In this document: piece by piece, positions 12,494 to 23,257 of the stretch
Layout: each line of letters opens with the position of its first letter
Numbering within the stretch: position 1 is the first letter of the stretch
DNA from: Lepidodermella squamata
Lineage: Eukaryota; Animalia; Gastrotricha
Assembly (NCBI GenBank): GCA_047495785.1
Contig: JBLDXI010000033.1
Coordinates: forward strand, 2,294,001 to 2,358,000
Length of the DNA stretch: 64,000 nt
Direction: 5' to 3'
The notes under the pieces: generated by a model
The model's database searches: none
What the model was told of the DNA's origin: nothing
What the model saw: only the letters and a program-made list of their open reading frames with translations
Translations under genes and position numbers: made by a program

Positions 12494-12833
12494 TCAGCTG
12501 AAAAATCTGTAGAAAAACGAGCAAAAATGATCGAAGACGAGTTAATTAAACCGAAACTTACACTATCATGAGAAACATAACAAAAATGTTCCATATCGCG
12601 ATAAACACCCGGAAAATGCGAAGTGAGAAGAGAAACTGTCGAAGTTTGTCACCGATTGTTGGCGCCGAGTCTCCCGTTGGGGCAAACATGATCTGATCAG
12701 GGTGGCCTAGTTTGTAGTTCAGTATCGCACCGGCATTCATTAGCAACGTTCTGTAAGCAAAAAACCATTATTTCAATCATTTTTGTCCAAATTCGCTCAA
12801 AACTTACACTGATATGACGAGATCTGCAAGCAT
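12494..12833 (-). CDS. SMIM7: Small integral membrane protein 7
   Basis: Three exons splice to MLADLVISVTLLMNAGAILNYKL...[34 protein letters not shown], which matches the SMIM7 signature (TLLMNAGAVLNFKL; FLxSLRxFRxFIAxWNIF). Confidence 0.9.
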
Positions 12834-13559
12834 TTTTGATTGATATACGAAAAAATCTAGTAAAAACAACAGAAATTGGAGATTAAAGTCGCTTTTTTTA
12901 TTATAAACGTTTTTTGAAAGATGCAACCGAGCGCGACTGAATGAAGTCTTTGCAAATCATCACATGGGGTAAATAGCTTGATAAGATTGAAATTTTACAC
13001 CAGTTCCATCGACTTGGCGGACGACTGAAAACGAGGTACAATTACTTTGTGGCCATTAAAATGAAGTGGTAAAGGTGTACACAGGGAATAATAAGAGTAA
13101 TGATTGCGACTAATTTTCTTCACATGAGCGTCAACAGATTTTGCAAAGATTTTGCAGATCAGCCTAATATTGTAGGTTGTTAAAATTAAATTATGGTAGA
13201 AAAATCAACAACAAGTAGGTCCCGGTTTGTTCGCAAAAATGTGACATTATGCATCCAAACATGGTAGGCTCAACAAGAAGGTAATAAGTCGTGTAAATAA
13301 ATTTTTGATTTCTAGGGCAGTATTTTCTTTTTTTTTTACTTACGAGTGTAACTCCAGGTGAGATAGGTCTTCCACTGGAAAATACAAATAATACCAAGTC
13401 AGCGATAAATATATAACATTCACAGGAGGCAGAGCGTGATGATCAGAACATAAATTATACAAAACAAGCAAAACAACGAATTAACAGATGGTAATTGCGA
13501 TAGAAGTATTATGAAAAATTAAAATGAAGGACAAGTGAGCGCGAGTAGACGCGAAGCAG

Positions 13560-14990
13560 CTACCGCTGCGTGTTGTAGCTACCGCAACCTGGGCACTTGA
13601 AGTAGCCGATTATGTTGTACCGCACCGAGCTGTGCTGTTGACAGTCGTTGCAGAATATGGGGAGACAAAATTCAGCGGGAAGACGGTTCAGCTGATCGCC
13701 GATCCGGTTGTCGAGGTCCGCCCAAATGTCGGTCAGATCGACAACCGCCCGGCGGCACGTCGGGCAGAAATAGCGCCGCGAGTCGATCATTTGCCGCCAG
13801 CACGACCGGTGCACAGGGTGGCCGCAGGCTGGTACGACCAGCGGGGTTCGGGTGTCGTGCAGGTCGGATAAGCAGATTGCACAACCGGTCCGGGTGGCGC
13901 GTTCGATGCATCGGTGATCGCCCCGAAGCGCCACTGATAGGCAATAACCACACCTATCGCAGTGGAAGAAGTGGTCTTTGCCGCCGAGTCGGCAGATGCC
14001 GCAGCCATCGCAGTGCCACTGGCCCTTGAAATCCATGTCCCAGACGCGGCATTTCAAGCACACGTAATTGCCGAACAAAGCCGCGCAGTCGATACACCTA
14101 TCTGTAATCGGCTGGCGTTTTGTGCAAGTCAAACACACGACTTCAGAAATTGCGAATCGATTGATTTCGTGCTGCTCGTTCTCGTTGTGACAGTGGCGAC
14201 AGGCGTACTGCTTGTCACAACAAGGCGCAACGAGAGCACAGCCCCGCCGGTAGTGCGAACAGCCTGGACCGGGTGAAATTTTGTTGCTGGCAGGGATGTC
14301 GAGAGGGTTCTCGTTTTCTTCCTGAGCCTCCTCGCCTTCCTCTTCCATGATTTCCTCGTCATCTTCATCGTCTTCTGCGAGAAAAATATTCATAATTAGA
14401 AGAACAATTCGAAATTTTAAGGAGGATATATCGAGCTCCTTTTGCGTAAAGATGGTAAAATCAGGCCTGATTTCGAAATCTCGAATTTCAAATTTTTCGA
14501 ATGTTATGATTCAGAGCTATTTCTATTCCTGAGTTCTTTTCGATCAATTTGATTTACATCTGCCAAGATGTCCATGAATCTTCATAAAAATCAGTTTTTT
14601 TTTTACAAATTCAAGTAAAAAATTCCGCAACATGAATTGTAAAAAGGGATGCATTCAAATTTACTCACCCAGCTCGTCGTCATCCTCGTCTGAATCTGAT
14701 TCTTCTTCAGAGTGGTCTCCATTTTGTAGCACCTCTTGTTCTAGTTGTTCGTTGAGCACAAGCGCTTCGTCTGCGTCTACGACGTTTAGACCTATATCCT
14801 CACCACCAGCATCACTGGCGGCCTCGACAGCATCTTCTACTAACACGGCAGCAGCGACGGGTGGGTCTTCCACGGCGGCGACTGCTTCTTCACCGGGTTC
14901 AATCACTTCACCAGCCTCGCTGTTGTTCTCGCTGCCCTGAGCTGAGACGAACTGTTCGTGATCCGACTGACTCCCATCATTTTCTGCCAT
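13560..14990 (-). CDS. RCHY1: RING/CHY zinc-finger E3 ligase (Pirh2-like), copy 2
   Basis: Acidic exon 1 (G|GTGAGT donor at 14668) joins exon 2, which carries the full CHY, CTCHY, RING-H2 and C-terminal Zn ribbon. Confidence 0.88.
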
Positions 14991-15213
14991 TTCAGGTTAA
15001 AATGACTAAATTAAAACGAAAAAACGATACAGTCGCTAGTTCATATCATATCAAATTTCACTTTAAAACTCCTCTTGAGTCAACAGATAACTCAAATTGC
15101 ACAGACACATATAATATACATATAATTTCGAAAACTTGGAAAGGCACGTTTCGCAATTGCAACGAAGTTATCATAATTTATGTGGCAGCAATCGGAATGA
15201 TTTCGAATTCCTT

Positions 15214-18196
15214 TCAAGTTTTTGAGTCAGCTTTCAGCTGTCGGCGGCCTTGAAGCCACTGTTCAATTTTCTCTTTAAGCTCTGGCATTGGAATCAGCTG
15301 ATCAGGCGATAGTGGATCGCGATTGAAAGGGTCGTTTTGGTCACTGAGTAAATGGCGCATAATCACCTGCCTGTCCATGACTTGCTTGCTAGCCGGTAAC
15401 ATGACCGGGTCATGCATCAACGTGCCGAGAATAGGGTCGAGAAATTCTTCCGGTGCATTGGCGGCGATCGCCTCTTCGTCCTCGACTTGCTTCGTCGTGC
15501 CGATTATCAACCGCGAAACTTCGTCAAACTTATCTATTTCGTCTATACTCGCCCGAATTCGAACGAGGACACGCGAGGCACGCGCGAAAAGATCCGCTGA
15601 AAACGATCGGCCGTCGGAAACTACAGCGATTCTAAACGGCTCTAGATGACCGAGATTAACGTAGATCGAACATATCGACTGAACTACGATATCTGGCTTG
15701 AATTCCACGTCTAGCATATTCTCCACCTTGAAATCCCGCTGTTTCGGCCCGACCAAGTGCAGTAAGAAGTAGTTCGCCATCGATGCGATGCGGTCATCGA
15801 GAGAAAAGTGCGTGAAGAACGTTGGCACTAGGGATGTTACTAGTGACAGCGCCCGAATCGTATCTCTCGACAAAATATTCAACGATCGACACTGTGACAG
15901 CATGAAGTCGTGTTGTTGGATGCGCTGTTGGCGTTGCATTGGCGGCAGCCGGTCCCATTCTCCCGAAGCACGCTCCTCCTGTTCGTGCTTGATTTTCACC
16001 AACATTCCCAGGGCTTCGTCCAACAAATAGATGGCGTCATTGATCAAAAGATTGACAAACCGCAGGAACAGCGGCGGTTCTTCGGCACTTGCGACATCAT
16101 ACTGGGCCACAGCCGCATTTGCTAGTGCGTTCAGTTGGGTCTTATGAAGCTCCAGAGAACAGCAGTGGTGAATAATCGCGTAAATAGGTCGACGGTACGA
16201 GAATTTTTCGTAAAAGTTGACACCCTGTCCTGTCATTTCAATACTCACAAAAACTGATAACACAACAGGAATCACGCCAGCTGACAACGGGTGTTGATTT
16301 GAGGCGATTGAAAGATCGAAACCCTGGCTGCCATAGCCACCCATAGAGCCAGGGCCTGAAGAAGCAGGCGGGACAACAAAAACTTCAAGTAAATCCGCGA
16401 GTTTTGCTCGAAGGTGAGGATTGTTCAATCGCTCGCGAGATCCGATGAAAGCCAACATGAAAGAAACAACATGCTCCGCGTTTTCTCGCAAATGCATCAA
16501 AATTTCCTGGTTAATTCCGACATGAAATCGCTTCCAAAACAAGAAAATCTCCAAAACATTTTCGATAATAAATTCCGGAATGTGAATAGCATCAGCTGCT
16601 CGTGTTTTTGAAATTATAAGATCAATCGTCAACTCTTGTTGGCTTGAAATGCCCAAACAGTGAGCGAGTAGCCAAGTTGTTGTAGAGGTGAGAAATGCGA
16701 CAAGGTCTTGGCACAAATTAGGCTCGAACAAGCAACTCCGAATAGTTAGATAGCTTCGCGTTTCCATCTCAATGCGAGTTCCAAGTAGTTCAAACTGCTG
16801 TGGGCTCATTTGCATTCGGCCACTTTCAACCGCTTCGTGCATTTCAGTTATACGCTGCAAATCTTGAGCCGAATGAAGAAACCGCTCTACAACGCGACGA
16901 TATCCAGCAGCAGTACAAGCATGAGTCAAATAGAACAAATCAGCTCGAAACGGAAAGGGTTGGTTGCAACCACCAGGCGACATGGGTTGAGAAGACGGAG
17001 TCGACGGCACCATTTTCGTGTCACTTGAAAAGTCGATGAGACCACCGCGGTAATCGGGTGAAATCGAGATGAGGCCTTGATGCCACGGTTTTGAGAAAGG
17101 CTTCGCCAATTTCGCGAAAACCGCAAGCAAATTTACGAGAAATCCATCTGAGCATTTACCGGTTTCATGTCCGAAAAAAGCTAATTGAGAAATACCGCCA
17201 TCGAAACCGGCATTTCGGCCAGCTCTGTTCAGTTGAATCGCACTGGCCAGCCACTTCAATAGATCAGATTTCGCGTCATCTGACGCTTTTAGAGTAGCGT
17301 AGAAAATGTCGAAAGCAATCGACGTCGATCGGCTGGTTAAAGACCACAATTGCTGGTTTGCTGAGCTCAAATCTCCCGCCGTCAATCGACGCGGGTTGAC
17401 AAAAAAGCCGTTTGAAACTTCAGGATCTGACAAAGCACCGGTCGACAGCAGATTTCCGAGTAGTGATTCTTCGAAAGCTCGAGCGCGTTTTGGGTCATTT
17501 TGAGCTGGGTTCGAGACTGAAATTATCGCCCGAGCAGCTAATCCACAATTCGAGAGCAGAACCATGCTAGTCGTAGACGCAATATCACCCGGTTTCTTCT
17601 TCAAACGAATCGAAATAAAGCGGGCAAGTCTCTCTAGCAGTTCGAGACAGGCATCAGCAGAAGATTGCTGCTCCATGGCGGCGATAACTCGACGCAAGAA
17701 ATCGATCAGTTCAACTTTGTAAGCCGAATAATTTTCGTTTGACAGATTTACTAATTGCCTGAAAAATGCCTGCTCGCTCCCATTAGCGATAAGGTCAGGG
17801 GTCAAAATAGCTGTAGCAGCATTTAAGGTTATGGCCTCAATGCATTTATCAAAAGCAGCCTGATCGAAATTTGCCTAAAAATAAAAAATATGGTCATTTC
17901 TGGGCACAATAATTCTGGAAAGTAACGCTTACCAGTTCATCTTTCGCGCGCAGGAATGATTCAAAAAGGTAGAAAATAATGCCTTTTTGATGGGCTCCAC
18001 CGTCCAGCATTAGCCGTTCGAAAACAACCTGTTGCACATTTTCAGCGTTGATGAGCGGAAGATCGCCGGGTACTGAGTCAATATAGACGAATTTCGATTT
18101 TTGATCAGGTCGAACTGTCGTCAGGAGTGCACGCTCGAAACGATCATTCAACTGACTTAGGTCCTTAGTATTCAACAAAGCAAACGGATTATCCAT
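15214..18196 (-). CDS. UBE4A: Ubiquitin conjugation factor E4 A (Ufd2 core + U-box)
   Basis: NPHLRAKL, IEMTGQ...EKFSYRRP, FLRFVNLLINDA and U-box PEEFLDPI...HLLSDQNDPFNR; one intron near 17876-17931. Confidence 0.92.
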
Positions 18197-18263
18197 TTTT
18201 AACACTTTCTATGAAACGGAGAATAATGAATAGAAAATTTCATTGAGATCATAAGAAATATCT

Positions 18264-19514
18264 TCAACAAAAATAAGTTGAAACGGAGTTGAGAAAGAAG
18301 GCATAGTTAGTGCAACTTCCAGAGGTTATGAAATCGCGCAAATCTGACAATTTCAGGTAATTCGAAATTAGCACGGGCAAATCGAAAGTCTCGAGTGAAT
18401 CTATATTTCCGACGGCTTTCCGAATACGTGACCGAGCAAGAGATTGAAGAGACGAAACATGACTGTTTCCAGGACTACAAAAAACGTTCATTGAGATGAA
18501 ATTGATGATACCAAAGTCAGATGAATCGAAATTGCAATTTGAGACAAAATACTGATAGCGCTCGAGGCAGTTGTTGAAAACATTGAAGAATACAAGAAAC
18601 AAAAAGATTTCAAAGGAATCTCGCTCTACAGTAAAATCGAGGTCGCCTGAGTCGCAAGCGTTCAGTCGATGGCCATCTCGAATCATCAAGCAAAGTAATC
18701 GAGGGCAGCACTTGTAATGCCGACGTAGGCAATAGTCAAGCACGGTTGAGTCAAATAACTCTCGATTTCTAATATCAGTATCGACCAAAATTCCTCTAGC
18801 GTAAGCTTCTTGAAAAACCGAGCAGTAATTGGTAGCGATAAAATGAACAGAATAACCTTGAAAATCAACGGCTGAAAGTTGGAAGGCGGTGTCTTGCAAG
18901 TTTGAAAAAATGTCAGAGGGCCATGACCGATTACAAATGAGGTAACGCATTAAAAACGTTCGACCCGAACAGTCGGAATAGTTTTCAATATTACTAATCG
19001 ACTTCAAGGCAAATAAATTTTGAATAAACTCTCTTTCTGGACTAATAGCATTTACAGCAAAATGTCTAAGGTTTTTCAAGGCTTCAATGAAGAGCATTTG
19101 GCTGTTGTCTCCAGACATGACTTGAAAGCAGTGTAGAAGCCAATATTCAAAGAAGCTATCAGGAGAAGCGTTGCTTATTTGACTCATAGTTTCTAGGAAG
19201 CACATCACGGCCTCGGTATCACCTGAAAAGGCCCTTTCGCAAGTGTAGAGGACAGGTCGATAACCAAAATTATCTGTGGTGAATACAGCTGACATGTCGA
19301 AGCGGGTTATCATTGTTATAGCGGACAAATTCGGAAAATATTTGGCAGCTAAATGAAGAATAGTTCGCCCTTTTGAATTCCGAAAGCGTATCATTTCGGG
19401 ATGTTTCGTCAGCAAATCCTCCAACTCTCGAACATTTATGCCACATTTTCGACGAATTAGACATTTAGCTCTTGAAAACAACAACTCGGATGATTTATCG
19501 TCGCTCGAGTCCAT
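18264..19514 (-). CDS. Divergent ankyrin-repeat and SOCS-box protein, intronless
   Basis: NSKGRTILHLAA and DNFGYRPVLY ankyrin motifs; C-terminal SLQSLARSRIR...LPVLISNYL SOCS box. Confidence 0.8.
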   Translation of the reverse strand: MDSSDDKSSELLFSRAKCLIRRKCGINVRELEDLLTKHPEMIRFRNSKGRTILHLAAKYFPNLSAITMITRFDMSAVFTTDNFGYRPVLYTCERAFSGDTEAVMCFLETMSQISNASPDSFFEYWLLHCFQVMSGDNSQMLFIEALKNLRHFAVNAISPEREFIQNLFALKSISNIENYSDCSGRTFLMRYLICNRSWPSDIFSNLQDTAFQLSAVDFQGYSVHFIATNYCSVFQEAYARGILVDTDIRNRELFDSTVLDYCLRRHYKCCPRLLCLMIRDGHRLNACDSGDLDFTVERDSFEIFLFLVFFNVFNNCLERYQYFVSNCNFDSSDFGIINFISMNVFCSPGNSHVSSLQSLARSRIRKAVGNIDSLETFDLPVLISNYLKLSDLRDFITSGSCTNYAFFLNSVSTYFC

Positions 19515-19672
19515 AAATCAAATGCTTAACATCTACAAAACGGAGTTTTGGCACAAATATAAATTTGAGCAGTCGATTTCTTCACATTTTAATGCACCAA
19601 TTCAATTGATAAAAGCCCCAACAACAGCAGTAATTGTTCTACTTATTTGTATCAAACCCAAGTAGCGAAATA

Positions 19673-21568
19673 TCAAAGAGCAGTGAAAGGCAACGCGGAT
19701 TCATCGGATGTAGGCTGAACGTATAAAACAAACGGGGGTTCATTAGGAGTGGTTTCGAAATCTTGGACATGCTGAATTTGATGGTGTGGCATAGTAGAAT
19801 AGATATGATTGTCACTTTCTACAACCTGAGCTGGGTCATTGTGATCCAAAAACCCAGCATTTTCGACTTCTTGAGCTTCAATTGCTAAATAAACTTGTTT
19901 GAGCTGATTGACACGCTCTCCCTGCATTCTGTAGCAGCCATCTGAATCGAGAACGTAGCGAAAGCGACCACTACCCTCGTTGTAAGTCACATTATGTGCT
20001 TTCTTGAGATGATTGGTCAGTGGACTACGATTGTTAAAGCGGGACGAACATAGGTGGCAAGCGTACTGCAATTGCGGATGGTTGATGCCCTGTAAACGTG
20101 ACAGAACTACCGTGATGATCCGAAAATACGAAATTCCGAATTTCAACATGCCTCATGTTCTTTCTTTAAATGCGTCACCAATTTGGAAAAATGGATGCAG
20201 GAGAATCCGCAAGATTCAACAAAGCATTCGAACTTCGTTTCCTTTCGATGGACGTCGGAAATATGGCGTTTCAAGTCGAACTCCCACTTAAAACTTCAAA
20301 GCAAAATAGGTCGATAATTATTGCGATATATTAGCAAGCGTAGACGAACCAAGCCATGCATTCAGCTTCAGGGCAAATGAACGGCTTTTCATTTTGGTGT
20401 TTGTTAAATATGTGACGCTGTAAATCCTGGAACAAATAAGTCAAAAGTAAGGGAAACAGCTCATCATCAAGTTACCGAAGGAGCTCGGACGGTCAGTGAG
20501 CAAAATGGACAAATGTAATGATTCACTTGGGTAGGGAAAAATTAACATTTGAATCGATAAGGATACTAAATGATATACCATGGTGATACACGTGTTGCAG
20601 CAGCAATGAATTCGTAGGGAACGTCTTATGGCAGAAGCTGCACTCATTCTTTTCTTCAATATCTGCGAAGAATCAATAATCGATTGCTGCCGAAATGCAT
20701 ATGAAGCTCATGAACTAACCAGAAGGGTTTTGTTGACGCTCAACATGCAGCAATAGCTTTTCACGATTTGAAAATGTTCCGCCACAACACGGACATGCAA
20801 TGGCCTTCTCCAAAGTATGCGTTCGAAGATGTTCGCGAAGATGAGATCTGGTGTTTACGCTAATTATACGAATGAAAAATCAAGGACATCATACTTTATA
20901 CTTTACACTTCTCCGTAAATTCTCACCTTGTCGAGCATTCGATCCACAAGCAAGCACAATGACGAGCACCTTGATTCTTCGCAGTAAATATCTCAGCGTG
21001 ATTTGACACGTGCCGATAAAATTCCGAAACAATGTTTGAAGAGTAGCCACACTCCATCCATGAACACGCAAAAGGCTGCATATGCAATGCGGGAACGGCA
21101 TTGATGGTTTCTGATGATTGCTTGCATATAGCCTTGGTTTTTGACTAATAAAATTCCTTTAAGCATGAGCAAATTTTCAACTGATATATTTTACCTTCAG
21201 ATAACATTCTCCCAGGTATTTCAGGTGACTATGATGAACATGAAGCGACAAATGGCGCATTGCGTCAACAAACGAAAGCGAATTCTCGGCTGGCGAATTG
21301 CACTTGTGCCAAAGACATGAAATAGAACCTAAGAGAAACCAAATAAATGTTGATCAATAAAATAACAATCTGAGAGGTTACCTGAATCTTCGTATGGTTC
21401 CAAATGCGAAACGACATGTATCATTAACTGATCAATATCCGAGAACGTTTCTGAGCAAAGCCACCAATGACACCTGTGGCGAAAATCGCAAACATCTAAT
21501 GTTCGCTTTCTAGTCTGCTTTCTCTCAGAATTCTGAGAAGCATGATCGGCATACACAGCTTCAGCCAT
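19673..21568 (-). CDS. HINFP: Histone H4 transcription factor (multi-C2H2 zinc finger)
   Basis: Several C2H2 exons including [18 protein letters not shown], and the C-terminal GRFRY...DGCYRMQ motif typical of HINFP. Confidence 0.8.
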
Positions 21569-22002
21569 GAGCCATGAACGTCGAAATTAATAAAAAGCTA
21601 GAGAGTAGAAGAAAGCAAATACTTGAGCAGAAAGCAGAAGCGCCTAGTGAAACGTCCAAGGTTATAGACTTCACCCTTCACCGTTCTCAGAACAGAGCGG
21701 TGGCGGCGATGTTGGGCCAATACAGGCTCAGGTAGCACGCGTATAGCCTATAGCCTAGCTTTCTCCACTCTTAGACCGTAGCCGCCGACTCATGGCAGAA
21801 GGTAACAACATCTCGACGACGTTGAGCTCCAAGTCATCTGTCATAGGAATATTTGCGTTTGCCGCATCGTTTTGTCCCAAGCTCGTTGTACCCCTCGTCG
21901 ACTATAAAATAATTTTAAAATAATTAATACGAACAATAAACAATGTTTAATTGTTAAAATTACACAAATTTTCGTAATGTTTGTATTTTAGATGTCAAAA
22001 CT

Positions 22003-22016
22003 GTTGCTAGGGCAAC
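22003..22016. promoter_or_regulatory. RFX X-box
   Basis: GTTGCTAGGGCAAC matches the X-box consensus, ~360 bp upstream of ciliary gene CFAP144. Confidence 0.65.
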
Positions 22017-22252
22017 AACGCTACATACGTTGCTATCCAATTGGAAGTTCCGGTGATTTAGGTTAGGTCAACCGTGTGGAACTTTTGGTCAGCTGAACTA
22101 ATCCTAATTTCAGGCCTGAAGTACAATGCCTATCAAAGTTCTGATACCATAGATGCGAAATGTTTACTTAGGCTCAATAGCTTCAACAGAAGGTCTCAAT
22201 ATTGAAATATTGTAAATAATAGCCTGAAAATCCCATATTTTTCGATGACGTT

Positions 22253-22266
22253 ATTTCCTTGGAAAC
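22253..22266. promoter_or_regulatory. Second RFX X-box-like site, next to a CCAAT box (ATTGG ~22290)
   Basis: ATTTCCTTGGAAAC (rc GTTTCCAAGGAAAT), ~110 bp upstream of ATG 22374. Confidence 0.5.
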
Positions 22267-22373
22267 CGAAGTCTTAGACTCGTCCTCTGATTGGCTGCAC
22301 TTCTCCCCATAAAGGATGCTCATTATTACCATACTCTTATACTCTTAGCTCTTGGGCTATTAATCTGTTTGAC

Positions 22374-22985
22374 ATGGCAGCAGCAGGTAAAGCGAAAGAT
22401 GCCGGTCCCAGAGAAGCCATCAATCAGGTGCACAAAGAATGCATTTTAGCGGAAACCGTTAGGAAAGAAAGGGCAACGATTAAACTGCACACTCGATACT
22501 CTGTCAACCCTGTAAAAAAGCGTAAGTGAAATGGATTTATAATACTTCAACCAATACCTAATCGATGATCGATATTTTGTCACAGAGCACATCATATGCG
22601 GGAAAATCAATTCAGTTCAAGAACAAAGAGAAATGGAGCAATTTAAAGAAGACAGTAAGTTAATTAATAGGTTCTATTTTAATTGCTGTCTCATTAACTC
22701 ATGTGAAGGTCAGTTTTTGGAACTGATTGCCAGGGCTAACTTGGAGCCCACTAAGAAATACATCCAACCTCAAACTGAAGCACAGGAAATCGGCTGGATT
22801 ACTACGCCTTTGGTAAGTTGGCTTTTATTTATGACTGTAGCCTTTTTATCGGATGAATCTAGATTGACAAAGATGTTACCGATTCGCGGCTCAATTTCCC
22901 TCGCAAGCTCTGCGAAATGACAAAATTTATGCATCAGTTTTGGCTTGAAGAAGAGCAGAAAAAAATGAACGATGGAAAGAAATAA
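22374..22985 (+). CDS. CFAP144: Cilia- and flagella-associated protein 144 (FAM183 family)
   Basis: Four exons; ILAETVRKE...YSVNP, EPTKKYIQPQTEAQEIGW, RLNFPR motifs. Confidence 0.85.
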
Positions 22986-23257
22986 CTCGTATGTCTATGA
23001 GATGAACAATGAAATAAATGGATCATTATTTTCGAAAACGTCTAATGAATCAACGAAGTTTTCAACTAAACATTTGTTACTCCCTTGTTTGTTTGTTCAG
23101 CACCTTTGAAACCACCACAAGTCGCCAATCCTTTTTTATTGATTGGCTTTGGTTTGAAGGAATATCCAATCCCCAACAAACATTCCTAACATTGTGCTAA
23201 TAACTGATAATTTGCTTTAGATTTTATCACATAAGAATTCATCTTGTCAACGATATC

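Noticed and set aside
22058-22067. TTAGGTTAGG as telomeric repeat or telomerase template
   Set aside because: Only two units in a promoter, with no supporting RNA architecture recognised.
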